NCBI GenBank assembly: GCA_009914755.4
Contig: CP068257.2
Coordinates: forward strand, 43,136,001-43,200,000
Direction: 5' to 3'
DNA: 64,000 nt
From: the human T2T-CHM13v2.0 reference genome, Homo sapiens
In this document: in pieces, positions 28,852-38,818 of the stretch
How positions within the stretch are numbered: the stretch's first letter is position 1
Layout of the letters: every line of letters starts with the position of its first letter
Made by a program: the position numbers and the translations under genes
The notes under the pieces: model-generated
Databases searched by the model: none
Seen by the model: only the letters and a program-made list of their open reading frames with translations
What the model was told of the DNA's origin: nothing

Positions 28852-29364
28852 CTGATTTATGGTTTGGATTTGTGTCCATGCCCTTCCTCTTCTGCCATGA
28901 TTATAAGTTTCCTGAGGCCTCCCTAGCCATGCTTCCTGTACAGCCTACAGAACTATGAGTCAATTAAACCTCTTTTCTTTATAAATTACCCAGTCTCAGG
29001 TAGTTCTTTATAGTAATGTGAGGATGCACTAATACAGCAATATAGTGAGAGCTCCATCTCTACAAATCTTTTTTAGAAAGACAGGACATCCTGCTGGTTC
29101 TGCTGTGAGGTGTTGTGGGTGGAAGTTCAAGCAGCGCTGCCCTAATACATCCACATATGCTCCTGGCCATTATTCTTATCTAACCTACGGTGCCTGGGAC
29201 ACATCCCTTTCCTCATTGATTTTGGCAGCCGCTTCGCCCCAGGCTGCCTAGGGAATCTGGCAGATGTCCCCATCCTGTATTGTGCCTTAATCCGTGCACT
29301 CTTCCTGGTGCAAGTGAATCACGTGTTCCATCTCCACAGCTGCCCATCTTTCTTCACCTTGGGT

Positions 29365-29835
29365 TCATTCAACTGATGGGCTAAAACAGCTCATTTTCAA
29401 CCTGGGTTTTGTTACACCACTGCACACTGGGAAATTCTTAAAGCCAAATCAATGTCAGTTCAGTTTCAAAGCAGATAGGTAAGTTGTCCATGGCAGAAGG
29501 AAAGCTGACTTACATTCAAACACCAGAAAACGAGAGATGTCCTAGACTAACACCCAAGCTCACCTGCCTCTAAAATCCACCCTTTCTTTACATACGAAAC
29601 CCAGGAGAGGGAGGGTAACATGTCACAGTGATGCCAGCTCAGACAGCTGTCAGCCAGGAGGTCTCTGAGGAGAGGATGCATCCCTCAGCAGGAAGAAGGC
29701 TGGACTAGCATTGGTGATGTGCCAGGGGAGGGGAAATGAGCTGCCAGGCGAATACTAACCTTCCAGCGGCTAGCTTTTCAATCAAAGTTTCTCAGTGCAG
29801 TGGCTGCCTGGAATGGTCAATTCAAACACTGAATT
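29365..29835. repeat. Copy A of a roughly 470-bp low-copy repeat (paired with 33668-34130). It lies in the SUMO3-UBE2G2 intergenic spacer.
   Basis: It aligns at about 92 percent identity over about 470 bp, in the same orientation, with 33668-34130 (ctaaaacagctcattttcaacctgggttttgttacacc...ggtcaattcaaacactgaat). There is one 14-bp indel, and most mismatches are CpG transitions. Confidence 0.85.
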
Positions 29836-30119
29836 GTACCAGTATGCCCCAACCTTCAAATGCAGTGTTTAGTAGAAGCCAAGAGACAGAATACCAAACT
29901 ATATTTACTGTTTACAGTAGTAAAGGACAACAAATAATGTACAAATTGGTGAATAAACACAACAGAGCCAACAAACATCCCACCCGAGCCCATACAGCAA
30001 ACAGGAAATGAGAACATTTCAGCAAGATTTCAAGCAAGCAAGAGATGATGGGTCATTGTTCAGGTGACTGTAAAAAGGCAGAGAATGGCCACCAAGCAGC
30101 AATGGAGCCTCAGGGAAGG

Positions 30120-31218
30120 ACAATAGGCAGAACTATGAAAATGTTTAATTGGTATAGATCCCAAAATATTTCACAGAACTGAAATCACCAGACTAATGCA
30201 TAAATTCAATACCTATTTGGAAAGCAGCACGGCACAAACCCACGAGAAGAACATGAAGTCATCATTCCATGGGTTCATTTGTAACCACACTTGGAAGTAG
30301 CTCTTATACACGACAACATAACTGCAAATTCAGCAATACTTAGTCTTACTTTTTTATGTATAGACCATAATCATTCATCAGAAGCAAATACTAGAAGAAA
30401 TCTGAGGCCACAACACCATTACCAAATGAGAAATGTGGGAATTTCTTCAATATTAAGAGGGAGAAAAAGGCCAATTTTGGTTGTGCCAATCCTTGCCTGT
30501 GTACCAACGCCAGGTACTGAGCAGGGAGTGGGGTGGGAGGGGTGGCAGGGGGGTGGGTCCTGGGCCTCAGACCCCGAGGTTACATGCTTGAGGGCCAGAG
30601 AGCACGTGGGGTCAAATTACCAAAAGACTCGGTTATTTTTTAACCTTTGAAGAAGCATTCCAGTATTTTCCCTTCAACTTTTCCATATACTGACAAAGCT
30701 TAAATTTGCAATATTTAGCATTTTAATCACCTGTGCCTGTAACAGCAAGTGACAGTCTGTCCTCCCTACCAACCTTGCCCCCAATACCTGTCCAACAGCT
30801 GCATCCCCACTGCGGGAAACACCAATTCTCTATGTGACTGGAGTGAGCAGGGGAGAGGCAACCAACTCAGGAGTCAGATCCCTGGCCAGACTAAAAGCGA
30901 ACATTCAGGCTATAATTTTGGGGTTAAAAAAATGTTGTAGGAGGGGGGGAAAACACAAATGAGCACACAAAAGTACCCACAATATCTTGCAACTCATTTT
31001 ACCTGAACAAAGATAACAATTCTGATTGGCCCAATTTAAGTTACAGATTCATCCCTGCAGATATAGTTTTGAGTTGCACTTGAAGTACATCAAAGAGAGG
31101 AAAATCATCGTGGTGAATGTCCTCGAGTTTCCGCAGACACCTTTGTGGTCGGCATGGTCACGTGCTCACCATTCAACAGCAATGCGAGGATGGACGGCCC
31201 GGGCTGGGGACGGGCCCT
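30120..31218 (-). other. SUMO3: SUMO3 3' UTR. The end is approximate. A candidate poly(A) signal ATTAAA lies at the revcomp of 30144-30149, with alternatives near 30722-30727.
   Basis: It is contiguous with the stop codon. No canonical AATAAA was found on the minus strand between 29.8 and 31.2 kb, only ATTAAA variants. The 3' end cannot be fixed without cDNA evidence. Confidence 0.4.
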
Positions 31219-31308
31219 CTAGAAACTGTGCCCTGCCAGGCTGCTCTCCGGCACACCTCCCGTCTGCTGCTGGAACACGTCGATGGTGTCCTCGTCCTCC
31301 ATCTCCAG
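31219..31308 (-). CDS. SUMO3: SUMO3 coding exon 4, including the stop codon. Encodes [29 protein letters not shown].
   Basis: The revcomp of 31219-31308 is CTGGAGATGGAGGAC...CACAGTTTCTAG. The [20 protein letters not shown]-terminal tail is diagnostic of SUMO3 as opposed to SUMO2 or SUMO4. The acceptor is the CAG revcomp of 31309-31311. Confidence 0.93.
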
Positions 31309-32498
31309 CTGTCATGGTTGTCACAACAGGCACAGCGAGAGAGAGGGGAGCCTGTTAGTTTTCATCAGAGAGTGGGAAGATCCTCACTGGCATGAGTGTT
31401 CCCTGACACTAGCGACATCACCTGGTCACACCTTGGCTCTTGTCCGTCCCCTCACTGCAGCTCAGCACGCATGGAAGAGGCATTGCTGTATGCTCACTAC
31501 AGCCCTTACGGTTCAGCAAGCTTCCCCTAACAAAACTCACAAAAGCAGATTCAAAGCTAAAATGTTAACTGAGAGAAAAACTGAGTCTAGAAGATAAACT
31601 GAAATGTCTAAAATTCTTACTGAAAATTACACAAAATCAGATTCTAATTAAGAACATCTGATTAGCAGCACTGAGTCCTAGGACCCACAGGAGCCTTGCG
31701 CTTTATACCAAGTGCGAGGGACCATGCCATGAAAGCCAAAGCCCCCAGCTCACAGAAGGGCCCGTCAAGTGAGGGTCCATTGCCAGCTTCTCCCCGCCCC
31801 TCCCCATTTAAAGCCCAGGCAAGGTAGTGAAACACCCCCGCTCACTTCTCTCCTCCTGACACAGTGGGCGCAAAACACCCACCCTGATCTTCTTCCATCC
31901 TCTAAGCAAGAGGAAGCTTCTGCCAGTTCCTACACAGACTCAGCAAGGCTGGAAGTAGTCATGCTCCCAGATGGAAAGGAGTCCCATCAGGGCTGTCGGC
32001 CACCCTCACCCTGCCACCGACACTATGGGCTGGAGGGAGAGCCCCCAGGCAGGGCTCCCTCTGCCTCTCGGTCCACCTGTCCACAGCCAGCCCCCTGACC
32101 CCCAGTCAAGCCCCAGAGACTCCACGAGGCCCTCCCTGCTCAGCTGCTCTCAGCAGCTTCTCCCTGGTGAACACTCCCAGAGCTGCCACTGCCTCAGCGG
32201 TGTGTAGGTTTCCTCAAGTAGGTACAAATGGATACTTGTTGCAAAGATGTTTTCAATATTTATTAAATACTGAATAGTAAATATTTAAAATCTTAAATGT
32301 TTTGCAAAAATATTTCCACATAAAACATTCCAGTGGATTCTCACAACATTGAAAGGGAGAAAAAGCAGGTATTGGTTCCATTTATGGACAGACAAAACTG
32401 AGACTCCACAAGATGAAGTGATGCTTGGTCACGGGGCCATCAGCTGACAAATGACAAGAGCTGCAACTTGAACCAAGTTTAAAAAAAAACTCTGTTTC

Positions 32499-32790
32499 GG
32501 CCGGGCGCGTTGGCTCACGCCTTTAATCCCAGCACTTTGGGGGGCTGAGGTGGGCAGATCACAAGGTCAGGAGATCGAGACCATCCTGGCTAACATGGTG
32601 AAACCCCGTCTCTACTAAAAATACAAAAAAATTAGCCGGGAGTGGTGGTGGGCACCTATAGTCCCAGCTACTTGGGAGGCTGAGGCAGGAGAATGGCGTG
32701 AACTCAGGAGGCAGAGCTTGCACAGTGAGCTGAGACTGCGCCACTGCATTCTAGCCTGGGCAACAAAGCGAGACTCCGTCTCAAAAAAAA
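32499..32790 (+). mobile_element. Alu (S type) in SUMO3 intron 3, antisense to the gene.
   Basis: The sequence is GGCCGGGCGCGTTGGCTCACGCCTTTAATCCCAGCACTTTGGGGGGCTGAGGTGGGCAGATCACAAGGTCAGGAGATCGAGACCATCCTGGCTAACATGGTGAAACCCCGTCTC... Confidence 0.95.
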
Positions 32791-33314
32791 AAGTCTGTTT
32801 CCAGGTCCAAAGCTCTTTCCATGACAGTATGATGCCCTGCAACGTGATAGATGAAATCTCATTCATGTCTGCATGTGCCTGAGAGAAACGAGCTGTGCAG
32901 ACTGATAATCAGGGGTTATGGCACATTCTGCCCACCCACGTCACTTGTGCAAGATGCTTAAAGGGCACAAGAATCCAGCTGGCCCCTAAGCTGCACACGG
33001 GCTACAACAGCAAGCGTCCAGACAATGAGTGGGAAGGGGCCGCTGAGTGGTCCTTGCACCCCCGCTTCCCTTACAGTGAGGACGGGCCCAGCACTTGGCT
33101 CCATCTCCAAACAGCAAGAATGATGTCTGCAAAGCAGTTTTCTCATTTGAAAATTTAAATTTAAAATGTGAAAAATAAATAATCTAATAATCAATATCAT
33201 TAAGGCATTCTGTATGAGCTCCCACCTACAATTCTCAAATAAGCGTATCCCAAATGGCAGTTACCCCGCACAAATCGGAAGTCGCCCTGGAACCACGCGA
33301 AGCCAGCTCCGTAC

Positions 33315-33386
33315 CTGTGCTGGAGTGTCAGTTTCATTGATTGGCTGCCCGTCGAACCTGAATCTGATCTGCCTCATTGACAAGCC
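33315..33386 (-). CDS. SUMO3: SUMO3 coding exon 3 (72 nt). Encodes [24 protein letters not shown].
   Basis: The ORF-track entry 33261..33554(-) contains ...[24 protein letters not shown] followed by the intron read-through VRSWL. The donor is CAG|gtacgg. The acceptor tttcctttccag|GGCTTG is the revcomp of 33387-33399. Confidence 0.93.
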
Positions 33387-33500
33387 CTGGAAAGGAAAAG
33401 CAGTGGCCATTAGTCTCACTGGCAAGCCCTGGAAAGGAAAAGCAGTGGCCATTAGTCTCACTGACAAGCCCTGGAGAGGAAAAGCAGTGGCCATTAAACA
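33381..33500. repeat. Tandem array of a 42-bp unit (2.7 copies). Each copy carries the SUMO3 exon-3 acceptor context, a polypyrimidine tract followed by CAG|GGCTTG.
   Basis: The units are 33381-33422, 33423-33464 and 33465-33500 (caagccctggaaaggaaaagcagtggccattagtctcactg[g/a]). They are over 95 percent identical to each other. Read on the minus strand each copy gives atggccactgcttttcct(t/c)tccag|GGCTTG(T/C)CA. Confidence 0.9.
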
Positions 33501-33667
33501 TTTCCAGATACGGCTTAATTCAAAAACCAAATATTTTAATCCAAGTATCAGCATTCTGATATGCAGATTTATGATCCAGCTCAGTATTAAAAACTCACCA
33601 GTGGGCCTACAATCTCTTTCACGCGGTGCCTGACACCACTGCTTTCAGAACCCACTCTTCTACCATC

Positions 33668-34130
33668 TTCTCTCTGATGAGCTAAAACGGCTCATTTTCA
33701 ACCCAGGTTTTGTTACACCATTGCATACTGGGAACTTCTTAAAGCCAAACCAGTGGCAGTTCAGTTTCAAAGCAGATAGGTAAGTGGTCCATGGCAGAAG
33801 GAAAGCCGACTTACATTCAAACACCAGAACACAAGAGACGTCCTAGACTAACATCCAAACTCATGTACCTCTAAAATCCACCCTTTCTTTACATACGAAA
33901 CCCAGGTGAGGAAGCGTAACACGTCACAGTGACGCTAGCTCAGACAGCTGTCAGCCAGGAGGTCTCTGAGGAGCAGGAGAAAAGCTGGACTAGCATTGGT
34001 GATGTGCCAGGGGAGGGGAAATGAGCCGCCAGGTGAATACTAACCTTCCAGTGGCTAGCTTTTCAATCAAAGTTTCTCAGTGCAGTGGCCGTGTGGAATG
34101 GTCAATTCAAACACTGAATCTTCTCTGTCC
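33668..34130. repeat. Copy B of the roughly 470-bp low-copy repeat (paired with 29365-29835). It lies in SUMO3 intron 2, about 280 bp upstream of exon 3.
   Basis: See copy A. The plus-strand ORFs 29736..30011 (MSCQANTNLPAASFSIKVSQCSG..) and 34021..34308 (MSRQVNTNLPVASFSIKVSQCSG..) are paralogous artefacts of this duplication. Confidence 0.85.
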
Positions 34131-35159
34131 TGGTGCCCTGACCTGTCCTGGGTCATCCCTCCCATCTTTCCAGAAGCCGAGTAGAACTTCTACAATGCTG
34201 GCACCACTACTTCCCCCCTTTACAAAGTTCTCAGCAAGGAACAGGTTGTGTGCCAATGAGGGACAGATAAGAAGGCTGCATGAGGCCGGGGAGCAGTTAC
34301 CACCATGACTTTGGCCTTGAGGAGGGCAGCAGGAAGGAGAGCACGCAGCCTTTCTGCGTCCTGAGGGAATGGAGAAATGTGGTCAGGGGCAGAAACATTT
34401 CCTCAACGAGCAGTTTTGATTTAACTGAAACAGGACAGACGGGGTTAAAACGTGCATCTCTGCTCCCTCCTGAAACCCCACTGAAATGAAGTAAATCAAA
34501 AAGGCACAAACAGGAAGGACAAAGAAAACGGGAGTGGGGATGGGCAGATATGTCAATGCTGGGCTGAGCCAGAGGCTACTGAGGCGTGGACACTGGTGGT
34601 CTGATGGACACTGGACCAGGATCCTAGGGCGGAGGGACTGGGCACGCCCCAACCTGTGAGGCAGAGCTGTGGCAGGCAGCTGATTCTGAACAGCTGCCTG
34701 GAAGTTCACATGCAGACCCCTCAGGCAGGACCCCCACAACCCTGTGCCTCCCACGGCAGCACACATGAGATGTGCTTTCTGAGAAGGTGGGTGCGGAGCT
34801 CCAGGCGCAGGGCGGAAACAGGCCCACGAAAGCGCGTGCCCTCAACACTGTGCGCCAAGTCCCCTCTCCCCTCCAGATGCGCCTCCAGGAGGCTGGCCGG
34901 AGCCTGGAGGACTCAACTCTCAAACTGTAGCATCTGGGCGCCTCCAGAACCTGCAATCCAGACAGATCACCCCATGTGGATGCACAGCCCTGGCAGCACA
35001 GCCATCCATGTACACAGCTTTTCAGCAGCTTCTCGGTGCTCCATGCTTGCACAGAAGTCAGCCTGCGTGAGAGCAGTCAGGGAAAGGCTCACTGTGCAGC
35101 AGCCCAGAGAGGAGGGGAGGAGCGCAGAGGAGAACGGACAGGAAGGAGGCAGGAGAACA

Positions 35160-35500
35160 CTCCCAACACAGGCACACACATGCCCACACCCACACATGCC
35201 CACACCCACACACATGCACACACCCACACATGCACACCCATGCACACACCCATGCACACACCCACACATGCACACACCCACATATGCACACACGCACACA
35301 CCCACATACACACACGCACACACCCACACATACACACACACGAATGCACACATGCACACACCCACATACACACACATGCACACACCCACATATACACACA
35401 GGCACACACCCACACATACACACACAGGCACACACCCACACATACACACACATGCACAAAGACACGGACATACACACCACACACACCTACACTCACGATT
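35160..35500. repeat. Complex (CA)n/(CACCCACACATG)n microsatellite, about 340 bp, in SUMO3 intron 2. It is an alternating purine-pyrimidine tract.
   Basis: The sequence is cacacacatgcccacacccacacatgcccacacccacacacatgcacacacccacacatgcacacccatgcacacacc... It gives rise to the long spurious ORFs 34656..35519(+), 34967..35503(-) and others. Confidence 0.9.
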
Positions 35501-35559
35501 CAAATTCTATGGGAAGTAAAAAATACTACTACCTTCAGAAAACAATCAATTGCTACTGA

Positions 35560-35849
35560 GGATGGGTGCGGTGGCTCACACCTGTAATCCCAGCACTTTG
35601 GGAGACCGAGGCAGAAGGATCACTTAAGCCCAGGAATTCCAGACCAGCCTGGACCACATAAGGAGACCCCATCTCCACAAAATAAAAAAATGAGCCAGGC
35701 GTGGTGGCGTGTACCTGGAGTCCCACCTACTCGGGAGGCTGAGGTGGGAGGATCACTTGAGCCCCAGGGCTCAAGGCTGCAGTGAACCATGATCACACCA
35801 CTGCGCTCCAGCTTGGGGGACAGAGTGAGACCCTGTCTCAAAAAAAATA
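35560..35849 (+). mobile_element. Alu (plus) in SUMO3 intron 2.
   Basis: The sequence is GGATGGGTGCGGTGGCTCACACCTGTAATCCCAGCACTTTGGGAGACCGAGGCAGAAGGATCACTTAAGCCCAGGAATTCCAGACCAGCCTGG... Confidence 0.92.
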
Positions 35850-36322
35850 AGTTGCTACTGAGAAAAAAAGAACACTCAAAGAACAGAAAGAAAAAAGAAC
35901 TTTTGGAAATTAAAAATCATGACAGAGATGAGAATGTCCACAGGAAGTGGAAAGATAAAGTTGAAATGACCTCCCGGAAAGAAGCCCAAATGCAACAATA
36001 AAGCCCAAAGCAAAATGGGAGAAAAATTATCAAATTTAAAATATCTAGGACAATGAGCAGCAGGAGGAACAGGAACTCCAAAAAGAGGGAACAGAGTCTG
36101 GAGAAGGATACAAATTATCAGAGAACTAACATAAGGCATATTTCCTGAATAAAAATAAACGTCCAGACCCATAAAGTGCCCAGCAGCATGAGTGAGAAAA
36201 TCACCCACCTCTGAGGCACATAAGGAAACACTGAATGCCAGAATATGGTCCCAGATACTTCCAGGGAAAAACCAAGTTACAAACAAAGCACAGAGAATCA
36301 GAATCCACTGAACTTCTCACCC

Positions 36323-36649
36323 TTTTTTTTTTTTTTTTTTTTTTTTTTGAGACAGGGTCTTGCTCTGTCACCCAGGCTGGAGCAGTGATATGACCTCAGC
36401 TCCCTGCAGCCTCCACCTCCTGGGCTCAAACAATCCTCCCACCTCAGCCTCCTGAGTAGCTGGGACTATAGGCTTGCACCACCACACCTGGCTAATTTTT
36501 TTAATGTTTCGTAGAGACAGGGTCTCCCTGTGTTGCCCAGGCTTGGCACTGAACTCCTGACCTCAAGTCTTGAATTCCTGACCTCAAGTGATCCTCCCAC
36601 ATCAGCCTCCCAAAGTGCTGGGATTACAGGCATAAGCCACCATGCCTGG
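36323..36649 (-). mobile_element. Alu (minus, A(28) tail) in SUMO3 intron 2. It forms an inverted pair with the Alu at 35560-35849.
   Basis: The sequence is T(28)GAGACAGGGTCTTGCTCTGTCACCCAGGCTGGAGCAGTGATATGACCTCAGCTCCCTGCAGCCTCC...CCCAAAGTGCTGGGATTACAGGCATAAGCCACCATGCCTGG. Confidence 0.92.
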
Positions 36650-38247
36650 TGAACTTTTCACTTTTAACATTGGGAGCTATTCTCATGGCTGACCTCTGAA
36701 ATAAAAAAGAAAAAAAAGTTTCAACCGAGAATATTACGTGCAGCCACATACTGAAGTGTGAAGGTTTATAAAAGCAAAAGTCACGTTCAGCCATGCAGTG
36801 TCTCAAAGACGCTGCCCTTCTGTGCCCGTTCTGACAAGACCCTGGAGGATGTGCTCCACCACAAAACACAAAAGGGAGGAGGACTAATCCAGGAAACACC
36901 CAAGAGAGAACCCAAGTTTCTAGAAGGATTTGAACAGGAGGCCCTGGACCACGGCTGAGCAGCCAGCCTCACAAGCAGCAGTGCAGGTGGGGCAGGAGGG
37001 GAGCTCCGGGAGAGCAGGGGGAAGGGCAGAGCCCCCCCCACATGTACACGGCCCCACACGCCTGCCATCCCGCAGCGCAGAGGAGAACATGGGCACCCGG
37101 GAAGTCACACACACAGTGGCCACGAGCCCAGGCAGTACAAACTCCAGCAAGGGCCAGGGCCCAGCATCAGGCAGAGGCTGGATCACGGGGCCTACACGGC
37201 GCCAGGCCACTCACTCTGCTGGGAAGACCGGGACCTGCGTGTCTGGAAGCTCAGTCTCACCTTTCGCAGGTGAAAATAAGATCTGCCCTCAGCAAACACA
37301 AAGAAAGGAAGTCAGGGGCTGCTTGCCAATAAAGAATGCAAGGCAGTCGCCAGTGACTGCCCCTATGAGCAGGGTATCCAAAGTGGGAGGGAAAGAGGAG
37401 GAAATCTAACTGAAAATCCACAGGCAAAAGAGTAAAATAAAAGGGCAACGAGTTGCTGTATTTTCAAAGCGGCTGAAGAAAAGCAGCCTCTAGGTCCCAC
37501 TCAGGCAAGCAGGGCTCCCTGGGGAAGGGCGCCTGGCTGCAGGGCCGGGCCCCCAACACACCAGGCAGCAGCTGGTGGGCAAAGCCTATAAAAGTGGCCT
37601 AGAGAGGGACCCCCTGGCCCAGGGTGAGTCCGCCACAGCGTTACCAAGAACAACAGACACACACACACCACGTCACAAACAGCAGCCAGAAGGCATCCAC
37701 CCAGCTGGGCACTGCCAGTGGGGCAGCTCATTATCCTGAAACTGGGGAAGAAGGGGAAAGAATCACGCGCTTTCTTGCCTTTCCTAACAAAATGGAAAAC
37801 CACACCGCACATGAGGGCAGTGTCTCTCCAGGGTCAGGCCAGCTCATACGCGAGGACAGGGTGACAGCGGCGTGGGGCACACGCCACCTGCAGCCCCAGA
37901 ATGGCCAGACCTGAGCAGGGCCCCCAAGAGCCTTCAGCATCACAGACTTCACAGATGTTAGTACCCCATGGAGAACACAGCACCCCGGGCAGCCGCCCTG
38001 TCAGGAAGAAAAACCCACCACACTTCTCCGAGCCTCTAGGTCCCTCCACCTTATAAAAGGCCATGGGGGACAAGCCCAGCCTGGACTAATTTTACAGCAC
38101 AAGCCCCCGCCTGCCCATCCACGAAGAGGGCACCTCGGGCAGCTGCATCTGGGTCCAGCCCCGAGACGCTCGTGCTCTGGGGATGCCTGGAACGCACAGG
38201 ACCAGTGCGCACACGGGGAGGCTCTGCGGGGGAGCAAGGTGCCGCAC

Positions 38248-38376
38248 CTGCCTCTCGCAGTAGGCCTTCATCAGCTTGCTCAGCGGCGTGTGCCTCTTGA
38301 TCTTGAACTGCACCACGGAGCCGTCCTGCCCGGCCACCTTCAGGTTGATGTGGTCATTCTCTGTCTTCACACCCTC
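38248..38376 (-). CDS. SUMO3: SUMO3 coding exon 2 (129 nt). Encodes [43 protein letters not shown].
   Basis: The ORF-track entry 38092..38565(-) contains this exact peptide. The single N in TENDHIN distinguishes SUMO3 from SUMO2, which has TENNDHIN. The acceptor is ttctgcag|GAGGGT and the donor is GAGAGGCAG|gtgcgg. Confidence 0.95.
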
Positions 38377-38690
38377 CTGCAGAAGACACCAGAGACTGGC
38401 CTCAAAACTGTGTCTCAAAATAACCGCGACTTGAATGGGCAAGTCTTTAGGTAATTGTTGGCTTTTTAAAGTCATCAAAACCAACCTAATTCTTAAAATT
38501 CTCCAGCAATTCAGAGTCACTCGTGATGGTTTTATTTTTACACAGAATTTATTTTTAACTTCCACTTGTTAAGCATCCATGTGTAAAACAATGCAAGCCT
38601 AGGGTCCTCTGACATTGTTAATTCAAAGAAAAAAACAAAGTCTAGGGAAAAATAAGAGAAAATCCATCTTTATTTTAAAGTTATTCTTGT

Positions 38691-38818
38691 GGGCTGGGCA
38701 CAGTGGCTCACACCTGTTATCCCAGTACTTTGGGAGTTGACGTGGGAGGATGGCGTAAGCCCAGGAGTTTGAGACCAGTCTGGGCAACAGAGCAAGACCC
38801 CATCTCTTTTTTAAAAAA
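38691..38818 (+). mobile_element. Free left Alu monomer (FLAM-like) in SUMO3 intron 1, about 315 bp from the exon 2 acceptor.
   Basis: The sequence is GGGCTGGGCACAGTGGCTCACACCTGTTATCCCAGTACTTTGGGAGTTGACGTGGGAGGATGGCGTAAGCCCAGGAGTTTGAGACCAGTCTGGGCAACAGAGCAAGACCCCATCTC. Confidence 0.85.

Noticed and set aside
28852-29036. A possible THE1 solo LTR
   Set aside because: It has only about 185 bp of the roughly 350-bp LTR, with an internal deletion, and it is fused to a truncated Alu. It is better described as a rearranged fragment. It is kept as a low-level note rather than as a distinct element.
34656-35587. ORFs of 142-287 aa (HTHTHAH.. and CVCVGVC.. peptides)
   Set aside because: They are translations of the CA/CATG complex microsatellite in SUMO3 intron 2.
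38092-38565. Minus-strand ORF of 157 aa given as a single ORF in the track
   Set aside because: Only 38248-38376 is real coding sequence (SUMO3 exon 2). The remainder is intron read-through on both sides, bounded by a canonical acceptor and a GT donor.
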